Positions 39,093 through 48,632 of a stretch of DNA of 64,000 nt are shown one piece after another (position 1 is the first letter of the stretch; each line of letters starts with the position of its first letter). A program made the translations under genes and the position numbers. The notes under the pieces were generated by a model that saw nothing but the letters and a program-made list of their open reading frames with translations, ran no database searches and was not told where the DNA came from. The stretch is taken from positions 1 to 64,000 of IMG/VR virus record IMGVR_UViG_3300013233_000093, one strand, 5' to 3'.

Positions 39093-40991
39093 TTAATCGT
39101 CATCATCGTCCCATTCCAAACCAGCGTTGGATTGGTATTCAGTCACACGGGTTTCAAAGAAATTTTTTTCTTTCTTTAAAAGTGCCTGTTCGTCTAACCA
39201 TTCACATGCATTCGTTGCACCAGGAAAGGGTTCTTCCAAATGCAATGCACGTGCTCTTCGATTGGCCATGTAGTGGAACTGTGCAATGTGTTGATCCTTG
39301 GTGTAACCCAACATCGGTTTCTTAAGGATGTACCCAGCGTAATCACGTTCTACTTGTTCTGCCTCATCCCACATATCGCGGACTTCCTGTGGATCTAGAA
39401 CCACACCTTCTTCTTTGATGATCTGGTTTGCTACACGGATACCGAACGAAGCATGCATGACTTCATCCCGCATAATGTATTGCAACTGCTCACCAGTACC
39501 TTTCATAAGACCTCTACGCTGCAATGCGAAGATCGGAGTGAAACCGTTATAGAACCAACATCCCTCGAAGATGGCTGCGAAGAAGATGTACGACATGACA
39601 AACTCACGCAGGTGATCTGGATTGGTTAAGTCCAGTGTTTTAGACATGGAAGCTGCAAGTCGTTTTTCTGCCATCCGGATCTTAGCGTTGATCTCAGGCA
39701 CCACCAGATAACGATTATAGATCTCATCCTGATCTAACCCAATGGTCTCAATGCAATGTTGGTACGTCCATGTGTTACCGGACACAACCACTTTGCCGTC
39801 AAGACGAGTGATGATCACTCGGGAAGGTACACCTACGCTGTAGACATTACCATTGTACGCTTCTAGTGATTTCTGCAGCCGCAAGCCATTCACGCACGTG
39901 CGATGTTCAAAATGCACAGACGTGCCGTTCGGACGATCGTCTACATGCATGACAGTACCACACAGTGGTGCTAACGCACTGAAGGTTTCCTGCACACGTT
40001 TAAAGTCCCCGTACAGCACCCGACCCCAAGTCGTTAGTTCAGATAAAAGCTCCGTGCACTGACTGTAGTTTAAGGCAGGCAGGTACGCGCGCTCCAGCGA
40101 TTCCAACACGCATTGTAAAATCGTTGCGAAGTTTACAATTTTAAACCATGCACTGTTGGCATCGTCGCAGCCCATCTCATATTCGATATCACTCGTCTTA
40201 CAAAGCCACACCAATCTACTGATGGATCTTGGTTCGTGAAGAATCACATCGTGACCTTCAATGCTGGTGACGTGCGCTAGCGTGGCCACGGTCAGTCTCG
40301 TTTCGTTGTCGAGACTTACCCTGCGATTGTTGTTAAACGTTCTGGCACTGACGGGGAACCCGTGCTTTCCAAGCTCCAACTCGCCCGCTTTAGCAAGCGT
40401 CAGTTCAGTATCGTCAAAGTCGAAGTACGCACAGTTATGATTCGGAGTGACCTTAGTGAGATAATTGTCACCCGTGATGACTACAAGATTGCCCTCGTAG
40501 TGATCTTTGGTGACACCAAGATGGTTCACAAACGTGACTTTCCCGTTAGCATTAAAGTCCGCTACGGTATCAGTATCCGCAAGGTCTCTAAAGTCCACCC
40601 AACCACGACCGGTCAAGACTTCTGTGCCTTCCACGTAACAATGCAATGCTTCTTCGAACACCTGACGTGCTTGGTAAAGTTGCAGCTCCGGTGCAGTCAT
40701 GCGCTCCATGACGGCTAAACCGATGTTACGCATTGCCATAATGTCAGATGTAGTGAGGTACGCTAAGACGTTTTCGTACACATGACGCTCATTGTCGCTC
40801 AGTTTATGCCGAAAGTCATGCACGTCCTGCGTCATGTTCACGTCTAACGGCACCCAGTGGTTCTTATTGGCGTTGGTAAAATACGTAAACGCCCATGGAT
40901 ACTTGAAGGGCGCTAACTGGTTTATATTACCCTTGCCGTTTACAACTCTCTTGTCGGATGCACGTACACCCGATTTCTTTTCTTCGCTCAT
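39093..40991 (-). CDS. nrdB: Ribonucleotide reductase class I beta subunit (intein-containing)
   Basis: PFKYPWA, NHWVP, EEALH, EGCWFYNGF, YIMRDEVMH, KEKNFFETRVTEYQ; 343 aa after removing intein. Confidence 0.95.
   Translation of the reverse strand: MSEEKKSGVRASDKRVVNGKGNINQLAPFKYPWAFTYFTNANKNHWVPLDVNMTQDVHDFRHKLSDNERHVYENVLAYLTTSDIMAMRNIGLAVMERMTAPELQLYQARQVFEEALHCYVEGTEVLTGRGWVDFRDLADTDTVADFNANGKVTFVNHLGVTKDHYEGNLVVITGDNYLTKVTPNHNCAYFDFDDTELTLAKAGELELGKHGFPVSARTFNNNRRVSLDNETRLTVATLAHVTSIEGHDVILHEPRSISRLVWLCKTSDIEYEMGCDDANSAWFKIVNFATILQCVLESLERAYLPALNYSQCTELLSELTTWGRVLYGDFKRVQETFSALAPLCGTVMHVDDRPNGTSVHFEHRTCVNGLRLQKSLEAYNGNVYSVGVPSRVIITRLDGKVVVSGNTWTYQHCIETIGLDQDEIYNRYLVVPEINAKIRMAEKRLAASMSKTLDLTNPDHLREFVMSYIFFAAIFEGCWFYNGFTPIFALQRRGLMKGTGEQLQYIMRDEVMHASFGIRVANQIIKEEGVVLDPQEVRDMWDEAEQVERDYAGYILKKPMLGYTKDQHIAQFHYMANRRARALHLEEPFPGATNACEWLDEQALLKKEKNFFETRVTEYQSNAGLEWDDDDD
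39774..40640 (-). mobile_element. Intein (289 aa) in nrdB
   Basis: Begins CYVEGTEVLT...GW, has VTPNH block B, ends VYSVGVPS...VVVSGN before +1 Thr; interrupts EEALH|TWTY. Confidence 0.92.
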
Positions 40992-41001
40992 GGTATCTCC
41001 G

Positions 41002-43641
41002 TTACTGACATGCTTCGCAGTCAGGGTCTAAAATAGAACACACCTTAGGTGCAGTCTCTGTTGGTTCTTCCGCGTCCCTAGCACCAGTAGCTGCCAGTGT
41101 ACGCAGGTAGTACGTTGTCTTCAGCCCATGGTTCCAAGCTGCTGTGTACAACCGCTCCACTGACGGGCCTGTGGGTGACGCCAAGTACAGATTTAACGAC
41201 CCGCCTTGATCAATCCATCGCTGCCGGCGAGCCATTGCCTTGATCAACCACATACTGTCGATTTGAAATGCGGTTTTATACAGGTCTTTCATCTCGGGTG
41301 GGATAAGTGGATGTTTACTTATGTCCCCGTCATGCGCTGCTAGGTAATCGGACATTTGCTTATCCCAAATACCCAGCTCTGTGAGATCGTCTACCAAGTA
41401 TTGGTTTACCACAGTAAACTCACCAGACAGGTTTGACTTCACATACATGTTCTGGTAAGTAGGCTCGATTGACTGACTCACACCGCAGATGTTTGAAATC
41501 GTAGCTGTGGGTGCGATGGCTCTCAGCAAAGAGTTACGCATGCCTGTTTTTACCATGCGCTCAAAACCATGTGCCCTCCAGTTGAACTTCGGCTTGTCGG
41601 TGATCTTAAACTCTGCAGGGCGGCGTTGCATAAGTTCTTCATACGTATCGATTGGTAATACACCACCACTCCAATCACTACCCACGAAGCTTTCATACTG
41701 ACCCAGTACATCTGCAAGTTCCGCGGAGGCGACTGTGGCGTAATACGAGATGGCCTCGCTTATATCCGATGCCAACTCCATGGCACGTTCGCTCTCGTAA
41801 GGAGTACGTGTCTTATGCAGTACATCCTGGAATCCCATTTCACCAAGACCTACTGGACGATGCCGTAGATTAGAGTTCTCGGCTTGTTTAATGGGATACA
41901 TGTTTACATCAATTACTGCGTCTAGCATTAGCATTGCCAGGGCAACCGTGTCTTTTAACTTGACGTGATCGATCTCGCCAGCAGCATTCACATGCGGAAG
42001 CAGGTTAACGGAAGCCAGGTTACAGACAGCCACCTCATCCACAGATGTGTTTTCCATGATCTCTGTGCAGAGATTACTGCTGTGCACCACACCCGCGTGT
42101 TTTTGAGGAGATCTGATGTTACATGGATCTTTGAATGTAAACCAGGGATGTCCGGTTTCCACTAACATGACGAGCATCTTACGCATGAACTTACGGGCAC
42201 CGACTACTTGGAAGTTTTCGATTTCTCCATTACGGGCTTGTTCTTCACGTAGCTCATACGCCACCTTAAACTCTTCCCCGTACAGGTCGTGTAGCTCTGG
42301 TACATCGGTGGGAGAGAATAACGTCCATGTCGCTTCTTTGGTCTGTGCGCGTTCCATAAACAAGTCAGGGATCCAGTTAGCCACGTTTATGTCATGTGCC
42401 CTACGACGTTCGTCGCCAGTGACCTTGCGCAACTCAATGAAGTCCGCAATGTCGAGATGCCATGTTTCGAGATACACGCATGCGGCTCCGCGTCGCTTAC
42501 CGCCCTGATTAACCGCTACTGCAGTATCGTTAATCACTTTGATAAAGGGGATCACGCCCTGTGATTGTCCACCTGTACCTTCGATGAAAGAACCTAATGC
42601 ACGGACTGGTGTCATATCGTTACCCAAGCCACCTGCGAACTTAGACAACATCGCATCGTCTTTAATGGCGTCATAGATGCCCTCTAAGTCATCGGGGAAC
42701 GTACTTAGGTAACACGAGCTCATTTGTGAGTTTAACGTCCCTGAGTTAAACAGGGTGGGTGTGGAAGGCATTAGTACACGATCTGTCATAGCCCAGAATG
42801 CAGACAGTGCAAACGTACGGTGATACGACGTGCGATACAAGATGCCCATCGCTACTCTGGCAAGAAACATTTTGGGTGTTTCAATGCACACACCATTTAC
42901 CCTTACGAAGTAGCGGTCGATTAGTGTACTGATGCCAAGATAGGTATAACGTTCTTTCGATACGTATTCGTCCATGCCAGCAAACAACTCGTCCGTGTTG
43001 TCATAAGCGGCCAATACCTTAGGATCGTAACGTTTGTTATCGATGCCTAGCTGCCATGCCTGGTTGTAGTAATCCACGCCACTGCCAGTTAGTCCATGGG
43101 CACGCTGCATTCTAATTTCATTTACCTTAAGAAGCATCCGTGCTGCCATTTCGTCGTATGCACGACCCAGTTTGATAAACGCGGTGCAGGTGAGTACGCA
43201 TGACTCCAAGATCTCATCGTCAGTCATGCCCGGCAGAGTGTTCTTAGCGTGCTCGTTCATCATCATCACCACGTCAATGCCTTCACGTCCTGTGATGACT
43301 TCGATGAGCGGAAGATAATTACGTTCCTTATCCGGACTGACGTTACTGACGTCATCACCGCGCTTAATGGCATGGGTGATGCGATGGTACACGTAAGCAC
43401 TCACTGTCTTTACTAATCCCATTCTCATGAGCTGTCTTACAACCACATCCTGTATTTCTTCTACTGTGTAGGTGTGGTGGTCTGTAACGTCTAGCCGTAA
43501 TTGCTTTTCTATTTCAGATACGCAGTAGTCGATGCCCTTAGTGTCGTCCTCGCACCAAGCTGCTGTAACCGCTCTTCTGATAAATGACATGTCAAATGCG
43601 ACACGTTGTCCACTACGTTTGATAACACTTAATTCCAACAT
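41002..43641 (-). CDS. nrdA: Ribonucleotide reductase class I alpha subunit with ATP cone
   Basis: VIKRSG ATP cone, STPTLFN, SSCYL, NLCTEI, VCNLAS, LKTTYYLR, C-terminal CEACQ. Confidence 0.96.
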   Translation of the reverse strand: MLELSVIKRSGQRVAFDMSFIRRAVTAAWCEDDTKGIDYCVSEIEKQLRLDVTDHHTYTVEEIQDVVVRQLMRMGLVKTVSAYVYHRITHAIKRGDDVSNVSPDKERNYLPLIEVITGREGIDVVMMMNEHAKNTLPGMTDDEILESCVLTCTAFIKLGRAYDEMAARMLLKVNEIRMQRAHGLTGSGVDYYNQAWQLGIDNKRYDPKVLAAYDNTDELFAGMDEYVSKERYTYLGISTLIDRYFVRVNGVCIETPKMFLARVAMGILYRTSYHRTFALSAFWAMTDRVLMPSTPTLFNSGTLNSQMSSCYLSTFPDDLEGIYDAIKDDAMLSKFAGGLGNDMTPVRALGSFIEGTGGQSQGVIPFIKVINDTAVAVNQGGKRRGAACVYLETWHLDIADFIELRKVTGDERRRAHDINVANWIPDLFMERAQTKEATWTLFSPTDVPELHDLYGEEFKVAYELREEQARNGEIENFQVVGARKFMRKMLVMLVETGHPWFTFKDPCNIRSPQKHAGVVHSSNLCTEIMENTSVDEVAVCNLASVNLLPHVNAAGEIDHVKLKDTVALAMLMLDAVIDVNMYPIKQAENSNLRHRPVGLGEMGFQDVLHKTRTPYESERAMELASDISEAISYYATVASAELADVLGQYESFVGSDWSGGVLPIDTYEELMQRRPAEFKITDKPKFNWRAHGFERMVKTGMRNSLLRAIAPTATISNICGVSQSIEPTYQNMYVKSNLSGEFTVVNQYLVDDLTELGIWDKQMSDYLAAHDGDISKHPLIPPEMKDLYKTAFQIDSMWLIKAMARRQRWIDQGGSLNLYLASPTGPSVERLYTAAWNHGLKTTYYLRTLAATGARDAEEPTETAPKVCSILDPDCEACQ

Positions 43642-43711
43642 TGTAATTTCCTTTGCTTAGGTACATGATTCTAACCAGTGCAAAATTACAGGAATGGAGA
43701 AGTAAACAAGC

Positions 43712-43745
43712 CTATATCACTATTATGATAACGTACTTTGTTATC
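43712..43745 (+). promoter_or_regulatory. Early promoter + stem-loop cassette
   Basis: CTATATCACTATTATGATAACGTACTTTGTTATC, identical to the 19634 copy from the core onward. Confidence 0.8.
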
Positions 43746-43766
43746 TAACTTTAACTATGAGGAACC

Positions 43767-44096
43767 GTGTATATGGAAACAGTAAATGATTTTATCCCTA
43801 AACTACTGAACGCTCGTAGGCTGGTAGATCAGTTGATCAAGGGAGATACATCTGGTCGCCTGTCGCTTGACGCAGTGCATTACTTCGAGGACAGTCCTCA
43901 TGTGTACTACCTTGGCACTGGTACTAACCATGTGGACTGGTACATCGCACCGGCCACTCTGGCACTGGACGCTATGGATATCGTAACTTACGGCATCCAA
44001 CATAACGGGCGTATTGCCACAGCAACCGCCAGTCCCATCGGACTGATTATCTTTACTCGTCTGTGTGACGAGTTAATCTCTACCGAAGATTTATAG
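43767..44096 (+). CDS. Hypothetical early protein
   Basis: GAGG RBS after promoter cassette. Confidence 0.65.
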   Translation: MYMETVNDFIPKLLNARRLVDQLIKGDTSGRLSLDAVHYFEDSPHVYYLGTGTNHVDWYIAPATLALDAMDIVTYGIQHNGRIATATASPIGLIIFTRLCDELISTEDL

Positions 44097-44104
44097 GATC
44101 CGTA

Positions 44105-44437
44105 ATGACCAGCAACATTGTGCAAGTAGTAGAGCGCACGTTCCGACACATCCCAGACGAGGGGGTTTGTCTAGGCGGTGTACCCGATCTATCCACGTAC
44201 ATCGTAGGACGGATTCTGGAGCGATTTGAGAAGAGTTCTTCTGAGGATGTTAAATCGGTAAGGGTCATCGTAGATCACGTCGCTAATGGATGGCTACGGA
44301 CTCGTGTGGGTGAATCGTGTACGTTACTTGGATCCATGTGCGATTGCAGTACGCATAACTGGAAGGAGGAGTTCCTGACATTACACAACCCAGAGCAAGT
44401 AAGTCTAGAGGGGTACTTAAACAGTGTCTTAACTTAA
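44105..44437 (+). CDS. Hypothetical protein
   Basis: AGGA RBS, contiguous with upstream gene. Confidence 0.65.
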   Translation: MTSNIVQVVERTFRHIPDEGVCLGGVPDLSTYIVGRILERFEKSSSEDVKSVRVIVDHVANGWLRTRVGESCTLLGSMCDCSTHNWKEEFLTLHNPEQVSLEGYLNSVLT

Positions 44438-44900
44438 AGCACTTATTTAAGTGTTTAAAGAGCTCTATATCTTAATATGTTTTTATAAGTTATATAAAAA
44501 ATTAAGATGTATAGCAATTAGTTGTTACAAAGCCAACCTGTCCCAATCACTCCGGTGGTTGGGTAGGGAGGAGAGAGCCTGGAAAAAGCCGGAGGGTTTT
44601 TACAGATAAACAACAGTAGTGACTTACGTAGTAAGTCACTACTCCTTCACTACCACTGTACCTTAAGACTTGCTAGAGGAGTTTAGATACACTACGTTAG
44701 GCTTTACTTGATTGGACATTGTCAAGTAAGAATTAGGTAAGTGTGTCTTTAGTCTCTTACACTACTTATCTTTCTATCTTGCTTTATTAAGATTAGATAG
44801 ATTAAGTGAGTGAGCGATCGGAAAAGGCTGTGGTGTGAAATGTACGTAAAACCACCGGTAGGTATTCTGCTCATCGGTGTAACCTTAAACCTGGAGTAAT
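44434..44900. other. Long non-coding region with many stem-loops (candidate origin or structured RNA)
   Basis: No ORF of 60 aa or more; hairpins at 44434-58, 44465-514, 44542-63, 44615-43, 44685-748, 44853-79. Confidence 0.55.
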
Positions 44901-44906
44901 ACGAAG

Positions 44907-45347
44907 ATGAAAGAAAGTAAACTGGCTGACTGCGGTATCATGGACAGCATGCTGTGTGTGATTGACGGGTCTGTGGAACTTAAAGAGTTCTTAGTGACGT
45001 TGATCGAGTCTGATGCGGATACTGTCAATGTAGATCATGATTTGTACATGCTCATGAATGCATGTAACGTGAAAGTGTTTGTATCGTCGAGTAAAGAATG
45101 GTACGACGTCGACGTCGTGCACGGTGCCGACTGTACACGAGACGAGGAAGATTACGAGCAGATCGCATGGGTGGATCGTTACGGCGTGGTGCGTCGTGGT
45201 GAAGACGAGGTGCGTCGGCCGGTCTGTCTTGTGTACGTGCGTGAGGTGGCCGGGAATGCCTCAGATACACCTGAGGTAGAGTCTGTGGTAGAAACGCCGT
45301 CACAGGGCATTGTAGGACGTCTGGTGGGCTGGTTTAAAAACCTGTAA
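44907..45347 (+). CDS. Hypothetical protein
   Basis: GGAG RBS behind leader hairpin. Confidence 0.7.
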   Translation: MKESKLADCGIMDSMLCVIDGSVELKEFLVTLIESDADTVNVDHDLYMLMNACNVKVFVSSSKEWYDVDVVHGADCTRDEEDYEQIAWVDRYGVVRRGEDEVRRPVCLVYVREVAGNASDTPEVESVVETPSQGIVGRLVGWFKNL

Positions 45348-45424
45348 GCTTTTAACATCTTTATCACGGGTAGGTATCCTACTTATCCGTGTACTTAAAC
45401 TGTAAACCTGGAGTAAATAGAAAA

Positions 45425-46030
45425 ATGAGTGGTCTTAGTAAATTAGCTGTATTACGCGGTGATCTCCGTATTATGGAGCGCTTCCTGCACGGTTTGGATT
45501 TGGATGTATACACTGCTGTGTGTGGCGATGCGCTGAAGTGGGTGCATGGTGAAGGTCATAGTGCCAGTGTGGGCGTGCCCAGTGCCATGCATGCGCTGGC
45601 CTTGGATGTATGCGTAGAGGGTGGGTACGTGACTGTGAAGGGCTGGCATGGCATGGTGCATGAGATGTACGTGTCTGTGGTCGGATATGTACGCTTCGAT
45701 GGTGGTATGGATGCAATGAAAGACGAAGCGGTGCGTTACGCATTCACTGTATACCGTCGTGATGTGAATGAGATCCACTATGTGGTTAAGCAATGGCTAC
45801 GTGTCAAGGCGATGGGTCACACATTGCAGGGACCGTTAAATCACTATGCCGTGCATGAGATGTACGGTCGTGGCTTGCAGGCGATCGCGCATGCTGACGG
45901 CAAGCTTGATCTTGTCATGGCAGAAGAGACGGGCGGGATGTCGGTCAGTGCTCGTGTGAGTATGGATGGGTTTGTGATCGAGGATGGCGCGGTGGACGAT
46001 GTGGCGTTTTACATCTACTGTCCCTCCTAA
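45425..46030 (+). CDS. Hypothetical protein
   Basis: GGAG RBS before MSGLSK; same leader type as 44907. Confidence 0.7.
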   Translation: MSGLSKLAVLRGDLRIMERFLHGLDLDVYTAVCGDALKWVHGEGHSASVGVPSAMHALALDVCVEGGYVTVKGWHGMVHEMYVSVVGYVRFDGGMDAMKDEAVRYAFTVYRRDVNEIHYVVKQWLRVKAMGHTLQGPLNHYAVHEMYGRGLQAIAHADGKLDLVMAEETGGMSVSARVSMDGFVIEDGAVDDVAFYIYCPS

Positions 46031-46070
46031 GGGTCTTTATGCATCGTAGAGATGCGATGTAATGTATATA

Positions 46071-46119
46071 GCCATAGAGCCTCTTAGAGAGGCTCTATGG
46101 CAGCTTAAAACTCTTTTTT
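46071..46119 (+). terminator. Hairpin terminator
   Basis: GCCATAGAGCCTCT-TAG-AGAGGCTCTATGGC. Confidence 0.7.
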
Positions 46120-46135
46120 ACCGAGGATTAGAAAT

Positions 46136-46570
46136 ATGAACAGTCTACGCGTATCGAGTACCTGTGAAGCAACCATTACAGAGGGCATTGATAAAAGGCT
46201 TGTTGGCGTTAACGAATCCGTGCACGCGGTTCCATCCGGTGAGGATGTGAATGTATTTTACAAAGACGGACGGCTTTGGATAAAAACATTGTCCTGTGAT
46301 GTCATGCAGTGGTCGGCACCTGCCAGTGAGTTACACGTGGCAAGCGTCAGTCCGGACGGGACATTGTTTATCCGCACTATAGACAATCAAGGCGGTACCA
46401 CGTACAAAGTCCAGTATGTCCAGCGTGGTGTACATCAATGCGTTACCATCACCAAGGTGGATGACAGGCCAACTGATGTGGCGTGTCGTATACAGCTCAA
46501 TAACGATACGCGTATCGTTTTTAGTAACACAAAGAGCGTACCGTCTGTAATGGTATTCACTCGTACGTAA
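46136..46570 (+). CDS. Hypothetical beta-rich protein
   Basis: GAGGA RBS. Confidence 0.7.
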   Translation: MNSLRVSSTCEATITEGIDKRLVGVNESVHAVPSGEDVNVFYKDGRLWIKTLSCDVMQWSAPASELHVASVSPDGTLFIRTIDNQGGTTYKVQYVQRGVHQCVTITKVDDRPTDVACRIQLNNDTRIVFSNTKSVPSVMVFTRT

Positions 46571-46661
46571 CTGAGAAAGTTATCGCTGGTCTAAGTTATC
46601 AGTGTAGGTAATATACTAAGCAGGCGGTTCTGTCTGCTTAGAAACATACGGAGAAATAGAA

Positions 46662-47345
46662 ATGAAGATTATGAACAGAGATTACGGCGTAGAGTTAACC
46701 GTTGTATCAGAACAAACCGCCCTTGGCCAAACATTGTATAACACGTACTGCAGTGACGCGTTTAAGCTAGGCAACGGTCATTATGCGGTGATCATGGTGG
46801 ATCTAAAGCATCACGACTTCGAAGCGATTGTTACGATCTTTGGTCAGGACTTTACCGCTACGTACAGTGTCTGGGGTGCTGGTCCAGTAAACAGCATCTC
46901 TTATAACGTAGATACCGAGCACGCAGACACATACTTGTTGTCATGTGAGGACGGCGACATCTGGTTTACACTGGACACGGATCACGAGGTGTGTAGCGTA
47001 ACGTGTAACTTCGTAAACAGCGTCATGGTGGTGGATGGTGGTAGTGTAGAGCCGGCGGGTATGCCAGCCTGGTATACATTTGGACCTGTGAAAGCGCTTA
47101 TTGCTTATGAAGCGGGTTATGTATCTGTAAAGGTACACGCCGTGTCAGATAGTCAATTGTTATACACAGACGTCATAGAGCTTAAGCACTTTGGCGATGT
47201 ACGCGGCGTCCAATTACACGAAACACACGTTGCTGTGTGTAACGACCTGTATGAAGTAGATATACCGATCAGCTCTACCAAGGGCGAGTTTTTCCAACGC
47301 GGCGTATCGGTCGCGCAACGTATACAACGAGGTAAGCGGAAATGA
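46662..47345 (+). CDS. Hypothetical beta-rich protein (paralog of next gene)
   Basis: GGAG RBS; C-terminal DVRGV...IPIS...GEF. Confidence 0.7.
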   Translation: MKIMNRDYGVELTVVSEQTALGQTLYNTYCSDAFKLGNGHYAVIMVDLKHHDFEAIVTIFGQDFTATYSVWGAGPVNSISYNVDTEHADTYLLSCEDGDIWFTLDTDHEVCSVTCNFVNSVMVVDGGSVEPAGMPAWYTFGPVKALIAYEAGYVSVKVHAVSDSQLLYTDVIELKHFGDVRGVQLHETHVAVCNDLYEVDIPISSTKGEFFQRGVSVAQRIQRGKRK

Positions 47346-48067
47346 GTAAACCAACTGTGGTAATCAATCCAATGCCAATGGATCGTTTAATCAAACTTGT
47401 GACTGATTCCAACGCATCTGGTTTTACGATATTAACGTGTGATCGTCAATGTGTTGTAATGACAGACGAAAGCGACTTGATACAGTTACACTTTGACGGC
47501 TTCGTGATTGGCATTCATGCGGGCGTAAGAAGGCACGTTGATCCGTTCACGATTACGGTTGAAAATGACATCGTTACAATTTACGACGATGGCGAACTAC
47601 GTCTTGCAGTTAGCATTAACCTGGCCCTACAGGAGGGGGACGATGTCTTCATGCAGTATATGACCTTGCCGGTGGTCTACGATGTTACTAAACGTCGGAG
47701 AGGGGATGAAGGTTTCCTGGACGTAATAGAAATGCAGCACAAGTGCATGAACGAGCCCATGGGTGACGCAACTCTAATACACCAGGCCATCGACGACCTG
47801 CAAATAGCGGTAATGAACATGTATGACATCGTACCATATACAGTGCCATGCGTGGCAATGCGGTTAGGTAGAAGCATTACCCTGTACCTAAAGGATTGCG
47901 AGCACAAGTTTTCATTCCCGGGCTGGTCTGATTGCCGGTCCGTAAAGATCGTAGACAATGTAATCGAGTTTGAGTTTAGTCATAAATCCGTGTTTATACC
48001 AATTTCGTATGTACAGGGTGAGTTTACTGTTCGTCCTGGCGTGCACGTGGAGAACTCAACACAATAA
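47342..48067 (+). CDS. Hypothetical beta-rich protein (paralog of previous gene)
   Basis: ATGA overlap; C-terminal DCRSV...IPIS...GEF. Confidence 0.7.
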   Translation: MSKPTVVINPMPMDRLIKLVTDSNASGFTILTCDRQCVVMTDESDLIQLHFDGFVIGIHAGVRRHVDPFTITVENDIVTIYDDGELRLAVSINLALQEGDDVFMQYMTLPVVYDVTKRRRGDEGFLDVIEMQHKCMNEPMGDATLIHQAIDDLQIAVMNMYDIVPYTVPCVAMRLGRSITLYLKDCEHKFSFPGWSDCRSVKIVDNVIEFEFSHKSVFIPISYVQGEFTVRPGVHVENSTQ

Positions 48068-48121
48068 CCCATCACAGCACGGACTTACGTCCGTGCTGAT
48101 TACCACAAGGTATTTTTTTGT

Positions 48122-48394
48122 ATGACTTTATATCACGGCACTAATTGCATTGACGATATTCTAAATAACGATTTACGTATTGGGACATGGCTGTCTGCCG
48201 ATCTGTCACATGCCTTTAGATTAGCATGTCGGCGAGAGCGACAACGTGGCGGTGATGCCCGGGTAGTCGAGTTAGAGATACCGGCTGAATGTGTGTATCG
48301 AGTGAAAGGCAGGTCACTGCCAACCTATAAATACACAGGAGGTTCCTGCTTGGTAATCGCAGTGCACCAGATGTCACGCACGCAGATCCAGTGA
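48122..48394 (+). CDS. Putative small ADP-ribosyltransferase-fold protein
   Basis: LYHGT...GTWLSADLSHA...ARVVELEIP pattern. Confidence 0.5.
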   Translation: MTLYHGTNCIDDILNNDLRIGTWLSADLSHAFRLACRRERQRGGDARVVELEIPAECVYRVKGRSLPTYKYTGGSCLVIAVHQMSRTQIQ

Positions 48395-48413
48395 ATTACA
48401 GGAGACTTGTATA

Positions 48414-48632
48414 ATGGCCAGAACCCGACATCACCGACATCAAAACAGGGCACACGTCGCCCACGATTACGGCGCTAGGTATAAATGTAATAAGTGTTAT
48501 TCCGCGGGTTACGGTGTGTATTCAATAGACTTAGCGGATACAGAGCGTCGAGTTAACGATAATAACCATTGCCAATCTGGCATTTACGACTACGATGAGG
48601 ATTACGAAGATGAGTTTAAGTTTAATTTATAG
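48414..48632 (+). CDS. Small protein, His/Arg-rich N-terminus and acidic C-terminus
   Basis: AGGAG RBS. Confidence 0.6.
   Translation: MARTRHHRHQNRAHVAHDYGARYKCNKCYSAGYGVYSIDLADTERRVNDNNHCQSGIYDYDEDYEDEFKFNL

Noticed and set aside
38969-39325. 118-aa + strand ORF
   Set aside because: Crosses a terminator and overlaps nrdB antisense; no RBS
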